From Kudoa neothunni (lineage: Eukaryota; Animalia; Cnidaria), in NCBI GenBank assembly GCA_964304625.1, contig OZ199839.1, forward strand, positions 7,649,166-7,713,165: 64,000 bases of DNA, read 5' to 3'. This document shows positions 53,206 through 64,000 of this stretch, one piece after another. The notes below the pieces were generated by a model. It was given only the letters and a program-made list of their open reading frames with translations. It was not told the DNA's origin and ran no database searches. A program made the translations under genes and the position numbers. Positions within the stretch are counted from its first letter, which is position 1. Each line of letters starts with the position of its first letter.

Positions 53206-55173
53206 CAGTCAGTGACCGGTTTTACGTACTTTTAAATATCGCATTTATTTTACAAGTTATATCATGAAAAAATAAATAATATATTTACTAACACATTTAT
53301 TTATAAATTTAAATGAAAAAACTTTATATGCACCTAAATTTTGCAATCAAAATATCACGTGATTTGCCAATTTTACGCACCTTTTCTGACCAAATTGGTT
53401 TATAGTTTTCATAAAAGTGACGTAAATGGCTAATAAAAATAAATCTAAGAATAGAACAATTGAAGAGAAATATAAAATTATTAAATATTTTCATGGAATC
53501 ACCTCAAGAGGTGCGAAGGTTGCTACTATAAAACATTTTAATATATCAACAATATCCACTCTTAATGGCATTTTAAAAAATGAAGAGAAAATTATAGAAA
53601 TGTTTGAGGGGGGATTGGTTTGTAAAAATAGGAAAAATCTAAATGATGGCACCAATATTTCCCTCGATGAATGTGTCTATAATTGGATATGCTGGGTGCG
53701 ATCAAAAAAAATTGAATTAACTGCCACCGACATCATTGATAAGAGAAACGAAATTGCCAGAGAAAAGAATTTACCATCAAATGCACCATACGGTTGGTTT
53801 CGATGTTTTAAATCGAGATTTAATCTCAAAAAAATAAATTTCCATGGCGAAGCGGCTGACATTGACCCATGTACAAGTTCTGAATGGCTTTCTCAACTTA
53901 AAAACTTATGTGAAGGATATAGTGATGATTGTATCTATAATATAGATGAAACCGCGTTGTTTTATCAACAACAACGAGGTATATTTTTCCATTTGTCATA
54001 CTTGCATATTTTATATAGGTAAAAGTTATGTAAGCTCCATAGAAAGTCATACAAAGGGAACAAGAAAGTCTAAAAAACGAATGACTGTTTTGTTCGGTGC
54101 ATCGCTAAGCGGAGAAAAACTTGAACCTTTGGTTATTGGACCTAGTCGAAAGCCCAGATGCTTTAAAAATATAAATAGCCTTCCAGTTTTATATGAATCC
54201 AACAAGAAGTCTTGGATGACTAGTGAAATCTTCCTAAGATATCTAACTAAAATCAATTCTATTTTCACGAAAAAAAATAAAAATGTTCTAATTTTTTTAG
54301 ATAATGCAACCTCTCACCAAAAAAACCATTCAGTAACATAAAGCTGATCTTTTTACCCCAAAAATACCACTAGTTTATTGCAACCCCTAGATCAAGGGAT
54401 TATTCACTCATTCAAATGTGCATATAAGAGGAAAATGATCAAAAAATATATTTCATGTATTGAGGTGGGATTAGAACCAACTCCACCAACCATTTTAGAT
54501 GCGATGATGTTGATTAAACAAGCGTAGGAATGTGTAAGCGTATCCATCATCATAAATTGCTTTCAAAAAGCTGGGTTTTCATCTCGACAACCGGTCCCTG
54601 TCAAAGCTAACAGCATTTTGATATCACCCGACAAAGAGTTTATTGAAATATGTGACATAACTCATCCAAATATATTACAAGAAGAAATTGAGGATATGAT
54701 TGCCGACGAAGCTTCAATAGAGAATATCAATATGGTCCAAACCCTATATTCTGAAAAATTCGATGAGTCTTCAGCTTTAGGTGATAAATTTTCGAGTTTA
54801 TATATATATTAACTTTATGTAGAGAGTGATGATTATAGTGATGATGAAGCGAATTGTGAAAAAATTGATATTTTGGAAAGAAATCCAATATCATGTCAGA
54901 AGGCTTTGATTTATTTGAAGGAGTTAAAAATATTCTACAAATTTCATAAAGATGATCGATCGGCCATCTTAGCTTCGTTAGAAGAAGATACAATCAACAT
55001 AATTTCAAGGAACCTTACTCAATCAAAAATAACTGATTACTTCCATTTAAAAAATGATTAAACACTATACTATCCCAAATTGGCGCATTCTAATTACGTT
55101 ATTTAATAAACAATTGAATATTTTCATTCTGGCGCGCGCGCGCATAAAAGTACGTAAAACCGGTCACTGACTG
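53206..55173 (+). mobile_element. Full-length pogo/Tigger DNA transposon (1968 bp)
   Basis: Perfect 29-bp TIRs CAGTCAGTGACCGGTTTTACGTACTTTTA with TA TSD on both sides. Confidence 0.95.
53426..55061 (+). pseudogene. pogo/Tigger transposase with two micro-introns (53979-54018, 54781-54822); two homopolymer frameshifts near 54320-54360 and TAG in place of a probable TGG at 54525
   Basis: CENP-B-type HTH (GWFRCFKSRF), NIDETALF, KSWMT, FLDNATSH, QPLDQGII, NCFQKAG and a C-terminal PIP box QSKITDYF. Confidence 0.9.
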
Positions 55174-55185
55174 TATCTTTTTTAA

Positions 55186-57547
55186 CCCTTTCGATCCCAA
55201 ATTTTTTTTTTCTTTCGAAAAAAATTTATTGTATAGAAGTGGTGTTAAAAACGATAAATTTAAAATTTTAATTTAAAAAGAGTTTTCCATGTTCCAATTC
55301 GTCACACTTTTGGTCTTGTTCACTACAGTGAACAACGGACTCCAACGGTAACAAAAACACAAAATTTTTAAATGAGAAAAAAATAAATTTTATTAATAAC
55401 TAATTAGTTTATTTTACATGGAAATCATAAAAACAGTTCCTTCCTTTAACAATGCAACAAGTTGCATACATTTTACACATGCGAACTGTGAGTTCCTTTT
55501 ACATAGACGGCACCTATTTTTTTATTCATTCATCGTAGGGTAATGACCAACATTGTCAAATCTAATAGAATCTGATAGTACATTATTTTTTTGACGTTTT
55601 TGGCAATAAATGACATCATAATCTTCACACACATCCAGACTTGGTCGACCTCGCTTTGATATTACTACCCGTTTTTTATAATAGATGAGTGATTCGCATA
55701 TGGATTCTGTAAATGATAACAAGTCTTTCATTTCCTTTCCGGGCGTCTTTCGTACGACGTAGTTTCTGTGATATAGCAGCCATGAATTAATAATGGCTGT
55801 ATTTAGACCCCAAATGAAAATTTTCATGTAAAACGCTAAAGATTTATGCTCTAATATATACAATGCCGTCGGCATATCTGATAGATCGACACCCCCATGT
55901 TTTTGTTGTATTCAGAAACAACATTAGGACACTCAACATTAACTATTCGTTTGAGACGTTTATCAAATCTCCTTACCCTGAGACTGGGTTCCAAAGAAGA
56001 ATACGTTGGGGGAAATATAACTACTAAGCCATCACACCATTGAGATAACACAATACCTTGATGAAGATCTTGCACTCTTTCATACACTCCGCGACCATTT
56101 TTCTCGAATATCTTTGCGGGAGTTAAAGAGAAATTTTTTATTCTATTTCTTCGAATTGTACCAACTGAGTAAATATTTTGGGTTTTTAAAAACACTTGTA
56201 GTGAGGTAGGAGTAAAGTAGTTGTCAAAATAGAGGAAATATGTATTTGAAGTTGGAAGAGTTTCGGATAGTTGTTTAACAACGAAGTCTCCTGAGTTTAG
56301 ACCATATCTTTGCGCAACCGTAGGTCTTTTTCCATCATAAATGTGAAAGTCATACACGATGCCACTAACATCGCATCTAGCGAAAATTTTAAAGCCCCAC
56401 TTTGAAGGTTTCTTCGGGAGGTATTGCCTTGCCTTCCATTTTCCTTGAAAAGGAATTATTTTCTCGTCGTCAATTGAATTGTGTACTTCTGTGGTTATTT
56501 TTAAGCATGCCATCCTGAAGTGCTCAAGAAAAGGTCTAATTTTCGCGAAACGATCGAAAGTGGGTGAGTTTTGATTTGTTATAAGAGCTTCGTTATTACT
56601 AAAATGTAAAAATTTGAGGATTTGCTGGAAACGAATTCTGGAGAAAGTATTTGAAACAGGGGGATAATTCAGGAATTTACTCCAATAGCAGCGGTAACGA
56701 GGCATCCTAACGATGCCCATCAAAATAAGAACGCCGATGAACTTTTGAATTTCTTCAACATGTGTACGGAAAGTCGATCCAAATTGAGTGGAATAGATAT
56801 TTGATTGCGATACTATTAGTTCCATTAGTTCATTGCCAAAGAAGAAATTAAAGTAGTCTATTGGTTCACGAAAACCGTCAAGTTCTTCAAAATTTTCATC
56901 TGTGGTTACATTTTCAGGTCGTTTAATCCAGGGCCCTTCATTAATCCATTGGACAACTGTTTCTTCTTCCACAGCAGCCGATTCATCTGACGAGCTAGTA
57001 GAGAATTCCTCAACATTTTCGGTTTTTATTGGATCAAATTCATCATCGGAATACACATCAATATCTGAAATAACAGAATCTGGAAGAACTATAACTTCCA
57101 CTTGTATTTTTCGACTGTTTGACCTTGTTGCTCTGAAATCGTGATCCATTATAATCCGAAATTTTAGTTCCGTTGGAGCCCGTTGTTCTCGTAGTGAACA
57201 CATGCTTTTAAAGCTGTGTACATTTGTTTACTAATTGTATCAATGTGAATATTTGATAAAATAAACTAACCATAAATCTACAATATATATTTATTTGTTT
57301 TTATTTATAAAATGAAACATACTTTTATCGACAGAATAAGATTGCAATTTTTTAATCCGTATTTAGTAAAAAGTATTGTTCAATAAAAAATTTTTCATTC
57401 TTAAATATGATATAAGTAAAAATATTAACAATCTTAATACTAAAATCTTCAGTTTAATTTACTTTGGTTTTCTATATAAGTATATTCAATACGTGGTAGC
57501 CATAATAATGGTTTGTTCACTACAGCTGAACAATGGGACCGAAAGGG
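55186..57547 (-). mobile_element. Full-length piggyBac (PGBD2/3-like) transposon with a frameshifted transposase (about 57149-55409)
   Basis: TTAA TSDs and TIR CCCTTTCG(A/G)TCCCA. Motifs SIDDE, KPSKWGFK, YFDNYFT, YNKNMG(G)VD and a Cys-rich C-terminus. Confidence 0.95.
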
Positions 57548-57989
57548 TTAAATAAATGGGTGTTTTTCATTCCATTGAGTATTATTTTGTCTTTTATTCA
57601 TCATAACGAATATTTTTGTTAATTTTGTCTGAATAAGTCGATGACCACAAGCGATATTGCGCGTTAGAATTTAGTCGATACTTGCCATAAACATGGCTAC
57701 TATAAGAAACGAAGACGAATTTTTTATTTGAATATCTTATTTTAAAACAATTAATTGTCAACGTCCCTAAGAGGTGCAAGAATTGCAGGAGTCGCGGTTC
57801 TATGTATTTATCAAACAGAAAGAGAAATAAAATGACTCCGAAATTGACACGCATCCCTTCTCATTAAACAACGATGATAACCAACCTGTATATGTGTGCG
57901 GGAAGTAATGCCAAACCTTTTTACGGTTTAAATTATAATAGATGTAAAATTAAATATAGTCCCATAAGAAATACTTTTTTTTCTTCTGG

Positions 57990-58946
57990 TAATTCGAACT
58001 CGAGGACAAAGCTATCATTATAGATAATAATCAAAATTATATATATGGGGTATTGGAAAATATTATTGATTCGACTTCAGAAATGGTAGCAATGTCGAAA
58101 TCGCCCATTACCTTGTGGTTTTCCAAGATTCATGATGTTTGTTCCAAATTATTTAATATGAGAAACCCTATTGGAGTTGACGGTTTCGTCAGAAATTGAC
58201 GAAAGCTTATTGCATGATAGAAGAAAGAATAACAGGGGGAGGTATCTCAAAAGGAACAACTTGGAAAGATCATCAGTTAAAGGAGTTTTGGCATCATTAT
58301 CTGAATTACAAGATGTAATATTATATATTGTTACCTTTTAATATTTCTATTTTTTAGGAGGATACGAGCAATTGTGGATACCTTCCCGATATAGACGTAG
58401 ACGAATTATCTGACAAATATATGTGTAACAATGTTTACATAATATAAAATCTTAGTTTTTGAGTAGCGCCTTTGTACAAATCCTGATAAATATGATAATA
58501 GAAATCGATGGACCATGGGTGTTTGGTCCATGTTTGTGTTCGGTTGATGCGAATAAGAAAAGAAAACTTTTAAAGGTTCGATACTTTAAAGTTCCCAAAC
58601 GTAACATGGAAACGTTACTCCCTATTATAAAGAATGAATAGTCATTCCTGGATCAACAATATTCAGAGATGAATGACTCGCTTACAAAAAATTACAAGAA
58701 TTGGGGCTATAATCACATCAAAGTGAACTATTCTGCCGCCTATGTTGTTGGAAGAAATCATTCTAACACGATTCGATCGTGTTAGGGACGGTTAATATTG
58801 AAGATATTCAAAATAAAGCGTGGTGTAAGCGATTTGTATTTCGAAAGTTATCTCCACGAAGAATGGTTTCGTTCCACAAAGGGAAAGAAATTTGAATTAT
58901 TAAACAATTTTATGAATATTGTTAGCAATTATTATGCCATTGAGTA
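57990..58946 (+). mobile_element. Decayed Merlin transposase with probable micro-introns
   Basis: EIDESLL..RRKNNRGR, IDGPWVFG, RNMETLLPII, PGSTIFRDE, HIKVNYS and YLHEEWFR. Ends not identified. Confidence 0.8.
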
Positions 58947-59491
58947 AAATATGAGTTTTTATTCATTCTCCATAATGATATAGTTTTTTATTGGTTAAAA
59001 TGTTATGTAATTAATAAAATTTTGATGTTAGTACTATACAATAGAAAGTCAGTTCTTATACAATTGTGTTGTAAGATTCTAATTAAATTCAAAAAATAAA
59101 CGTAACAGAAAAATTTAAGCACTATATGACTTTTAAGAATAAAAAATTTGAAGATATTCTATGTAAAGAGATTTTAACACACGCTCTTATGTATGACGAG
59201 ACCATTCAGCTAATAAAACTTGATAAAAAAAACTATAAATATATAATTTATCCAAATAATTTTATATTAATGTTTAAAACTATTCAGTAAAATATTCAAA
59301 ATATGCAATAAAAAAGTTGAAGTGGGTTTTACATCAAATGCGTCATTATTTGGAATAAATAAGAAAATATTAAACGTTGATAAAAATATTACTTCACAAC
59401 TTAATTTACATGAATATATAAAATCAATTTAAAATACAACTGTTCTCTAATGACTCAAACGATAGAAACTGGAACATAATACGACGGTATA

Positions 59492-61197
59492 AGATAGGAT
59501 GTGGCGCTTAAAAACATTATTTTACATTTATTTTTTCTCTAATCCTTTCATGATTGTTCCTGATAAATAAATGAATATCATGATCAATTATTCAGCTAAT
59601 GTTGACAACCCCTTATTTGGTTACTAAATCCGAATAAAACATTTTCGGTACTCGTGAAATCTTAGTTAAATTTCCCAAACAAATGAAAACACATTTTATT
59701 TTTTATACGCTAACTTCTAAAATGATTATGCGTCTTAATAGTATTTTAGTAATAGATCGTTTCAAAATTATACGAATCAATCGTTTAATTAAACTTTACT
59801 CATCTTATTATAAATTATCTTCTCTATTATTTTTTATGTATCGACTATGGACCTTTTAAATAAAAGTACAATAATTTATCGCTTATTTTAGTTTTTATAT
59901 TTTTTTTGGTGAATATATTTAAATTTTAAAAAAAAGTTATAATCATTTTATCATCGAAATTTCATTACATTTAATAACTCTAAAAAAATGTTGTAACAAT
60001 TAAATTTTAAATTTTCTGTCATAATTTATAAAATTTTGAAGAAAATTTACAAATAATTATGCTTTTTAAATATTTCCATAATATTTTACTATTTACCGGT
60101 TGGTTTAACATTATATTGTAACTTAACATTAATTCTTTATTCACAATAAATTGTTATAAAACTTATTTAAACGAAGCAGTTACTACGACATATAATTTGA
60201 TAAAATGATAAATAATTGGCACCGTTATAGTTTTCAAATATTTCATTTAAGGTATCGGTCATCGGTCCCATAATTTTTCTATTTTGCATGAATTATTATT
60301 TTTGTCAATTTCAATGAAATACTCTTTACTATCAAATGGTTTACGTATATAAAATTAGAAGCACGAATATTCCTAATTTTTGAAACCCTAACCCGCTGTT
60401 TTTTGTGGTTACATCAAGATTTTCGGAGGCAGATATAACTGGTTTCATCCATGTTTCAGTCATAAATAATCTTATATATTTTTCTTCATCGTTATGTTTG
60501 GGGAGTGATGAAACAAATTTAAACCCCAAAAAAGTTCCACTTCGAGGAGATACCTTAGTTTTACAGCCTCGAAATTGTGAAACTAATATTTAGGTCTGTA
60601 ATAGTTGATTTTGACAAAAATAACTAAATGAATAAATTGCATCATTTCTTTGTATGATTTTGTTTTACACATTGATTTTTGAAGGTTTAGATCCCTATAG
60701 TTGAGGAGGAACAATTGAAGTTGTGGCAATTGTCATACCTAGAAGAAAAAGGAAGGAAATATTCTTTTCTACAAGTACATTAAACAATTTAAGGGAGTTA
60801 TCAATCAATAAAAAAATATTCATCGCCAAAGAAACTCGAAGAATTCATTTTCTCTAACGCGCGGGTAATTTGATAAATTACTAGCTTAAATATCTTACAT
60901 TTTGTTATTTCAATGCAACGAAGAATTACCAAAATTGATACTATGGCATATAATTAATTTAGAGGTTAGTGTGCGAACAATAAAATGGGTTTTCATCTGT
61001 CTTGGGAAATTTAACGAAGATTTCATATGTACCGATGGTGAGGTATTGTGGGATTTTGTAACAAAATAAGACGATATCCTAATTACCGGAATTCTTCCTC
61101 ACAGTATTCATTTAATTTTATTATAAACAATCGTGAAAGAATCGACCAAAAATACTGTGCGCATGTAGCGTTTATTCGAGGTGCCACATCCTATCCC
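59492..61197 (-). mobile_element. Non-autonomous long-TIR DNA element, copy 2
   Basis: Ends agataggatgtggcgc ... gtgccacatcctatccc. Inverted homolog of 36621-38436. Confidence 0.8.
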
Positions 61198-61805
61198 TAT
61201 TAACTTTGATATTTTCTACCATTTACGCGAAATACTCCATCTCATCACGAGGAAAAAATTATCTGATTTATTTTCGAAAATAGAATGTGTGTAATTATGA
61301 AGCATATATTGTATAAACATGAAATAACAATAAAAATCCTAATAAAATACAGACTTAATTAACACAACTGGGGATTAATCCGAAGATTTCTTAAAATTTA
61401 TAATTTTATATTTTCCATATATTATTGTTATTTTGACTTGGACATTCATTCGATAAATTTAGTTATGTAAACTTAAGGGTACAATTATCGGAGGCAGAAA
61501 CATAAAAATGACGGGGCCCATTTGCATGTTAAATTAAAATCTAAAACAGCATCCACGCGCGTAATGAAATTTTTTTAATCCCAACTACTCTTACTCAAAT
61601 ACTGTATACATGTTTAAATATATTCAAAATTAGTGGCGCATAAATATTATTTACCCTGTCAATAGCCACTTCCTTAAATAATTATCTATTATTTTGGGTG
61701 TGTAATAAAGAATACAAAAATGACACAAAATGTATATTTTTTTTATTAATTTTTATTTATTTTTTCAAAATAAAAATAAAAAGAAATACATGGAGATATT
61801 CATAA

Positions 61806-63519
61806 TCTACTATATATATAAAGTATTTACGTCAGTCTGTGTGTGTGGGTTTGCAGCAGTACTCATGTATCATGGAGAAATTTTGTTTAATGTAGCTTTT
61901 AGGTTGCATTCTAAAGGACGGTATTATTATAAAAAATTGTTAATTAACTTAAAAATACATATCGTTACCAGGAGTAAGGAATTTTCTGGTTTTCTACATC
62001 AAACAACAGATGGAAAATACCTGTATAATATTGATGTTCGTTTACTTCAGAGTGATAATCAATTAGAAATGAACTTTTATTCTCGATATAAAAAAAACAG
62101 CTAATTATGTTATAGAATGTTTTAAAAATGTTACGCATGCCGATTTGAATAATTTTAAGACAGATAATGCCACCAGAGCCATATTTACAAGAGATGTAGC
62201 ATTTCCTTTAAAGTTTGTGTCATAACCAAATTATTTCAGATATCCATTCATTTTTCAAGCACTATAGATACATTTTTGAGCAAAAATTATTTACGTACCA
62301 TTTTAAATAAAACATATAATTTGAGATTATAAGTTTTTGTCATGTTGGAATAATTGGGGTCTGTATACGCATTCTAAAAATGATGTGAGATGTGTGTAGA
62401 GTTTTCAAATATTTAGATTCTTGTGATAACTTCTCAAATGACAATTATGCTCTATTGGAATTTCTGAGGTTGAAACTATATTCATATTTCCATTAATTTG
62501 CTACTCATTTTATTTTTTTCCTTAAGTTTTTTGCGAAACAACTGGCATAATTAATTCATTAATTTTCTATATTTGATGAGATAATTCTTTAAACCTGATT
62601 ATTTCCTATCTTCAAACTTAAACGTTAATATTCATAACAACATTAAGTTTTCTTTAGGCTAAAAATAATTCAGAATGATATAATACTGTGTTAATTATTA
62701 AGAAATTATTTGTTCATTCGATATAACCGACATTTTTCCAAAGTTCGCGTTAGTTTGAGAATATTTTAATAACAAGGAATTTTATGAGACGATAAAATAG
62801 TACGTTTATTATTAAAGAGGAGCACTCTTTTGAGAAAACTCAATGACTTTTAAACATTACCGTAAGTTTTCAAATTAAAAACATATTTACATTTTAGATT
62901 TAACCATATTTTGTTAATTAAATTATATTTTTTTAAACAATAAACAATTGTTTAAAGTAAGGCTGCATTTATATAAAAATCTGGAAATTATTTTAAAATA
63001 ATGAATACGTAAGTTACCACTCACAAATTATTAAAACCTCATTAACATCCTTTAAAAAATTGCAAAAAAGGAGTAATAATTAATATTTTTATTTCTGACT
63101 CACCTTAGATCGATTTTATCTTTTTTATCGTTTGTAGACTAATAATAAATTTTATAGCTAGAAGGATTAATTTTTATCACCAAATTTTGAAAAGAACTGA
63201 AAGTCCTATTTAAGTTACTTAATGACTTTGTTTAATAAATAAATGAACTTTAATCGTTAATTAAATATCTTATAAAATTAAGGTCATTGTATTTTTGGTC
63301 AATAATTTGTAAAATAAACTTAAAAATACTCATTAATTTCTCTCAATACCTCTATTTATATTTGAATGTAAAGTGTGCGCATATTTTTGTTTATCTAAAT
63401 GAGCACATTGCAGACATAACGACAAGCTCTAAAATACTTCAATTAAAATAGAAAAATAAAATTAAAAGTTAAAATTTTCCATCACAGTACCAGGCAAAGC
63501 TGGGCATTAGCAGCGCTAG
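61806..63519 (+). mobile_element. Non-autonomous Helitron
   Basis: A|TC 5' start, 3' hairpin ccaggcaaagctggg, then CTAG|T. Inserted at an AT site with no TSD. Confidence 0.75.
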
Positions 63520-63606
63520 TCAAATACAAAACATTAAAAAATCACTCGCTAATGGAGAAAAGGCTAATTCGTAAGTTTATATCACAAAAATACACTAATA
63601 AAAATG

Positions 63607-63969
63607 TTATTTATCAGCTTTTAACTTTTTCCATTTGTTTCTACTAGATCTTTTCTTGGAAACTCTTTTTTTCATAACTTTACTCACGTGTTCAGGGTCG
63701 TCGTACACTTTGCTACCGGCCACTCGGTTCATTGCATTCTTATAGCTCTCTTTTGTAAGCTGTCTATTGATCGACTTTGCTGTAGTTTTATCAGACGAAT
63801 TGACCATTTTTTTCTTGGCATCTATAATTTTCAACGATTTTTTCAAAACTTTTGTTTTCGACGCTCCCTTTCTTTTCTTTAAATTTTCATCGTTCACTAA
63901 TCTTGTGAATTGCATGTGATTACATTTTATTTCACCGGGTTTGTCCCGTTTGTCTACGCTATTGCTCAT
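63607..63969 (-). CDS. SURF6: SURF6/Rrp14-like nucleolar protein (120 aa, intronless as read)
   Basis: Lys-rich. NAMNRVAGSKVYDDPEHVSKVMKKRVSKKRSSRNKW matches the SURF6 core A..RA.G.KV.DD..LLKK..KR..K.K..S...W. Confidence 0.75.
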   Translation of the reverse strand: MSNSVDKRDKPGEIKCNHMQFTRLVNDENLKKRKGASKTKVLKKSLKIIDAKKKMVNSSDKTTAKSINRQLTKESYKNAMNRVAGSKVYDDPEHVSKVMKKRVSKKRSSRNKWKKLKADK

Positions 63970-64000
63970 CGCGTTGAAATAACGAGTTGCGCACGCATTT

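Noticed and set aside
61730-62104. 124-aa plus-strand ORF
   Set aside because: It crosses the Helitron 5' boundary, is low-complexity and has no recognisable domain.
1-64000. CRISPR arrays, rRNA genes or prokaryotic operons
   Set aside because: None seen. The sequence is intron-rich eukaryotic DNA and its repeats are TE ends or microsatellites.

Overview
AT-rich eukaryotic DNA read with the standard genetic code. Genes are split by many tiny GT-AG introns (mostly about 35-65 nt), so the ORF track fragments them. A secreted Kunitz protein, highly diverged proteins and tiny introns point to a reduced parasitic animal such as a myxozoan (inference). Splicing by hand gave seven host genes plus one partial gene: a SERBP1/HABP4-like protein (6946-8130, +), a secreted five-domain Kunitz protein (14551-16010, +), a divergent Rab (18448-19293, -), a 25-exon FCHO/muniscin (19814-32295, -), a GLUT/SLC2A-like transporter (42628-44354, -), a DRAM/TMEM150-like protein (50839-51916, -), a 120-aa SURF6-like protein (63607-63969, -) and the 3' end of an unknown gene (8-235, +). 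Most remaining sequence is dense, often nested mobile DNA: pogo/Tigger, piggyBac, hAT, Merlin, FLYWCH-MULE, IS630/Tc1-like, Helitron-like, a long-TIR family and a tRNA-headed SINE in two copies. The most notable observations are host-sized micro-introns inside pogo and Merlin transposases, the Kunitz array with systematically lost disulfides, the SINE family, a possible F-BAR-less FCHO isoform starting at a split AT|G, and kilobase TE-filled introns in an otherwise micro-intron gene. All gene models are manual and lack transcript support.
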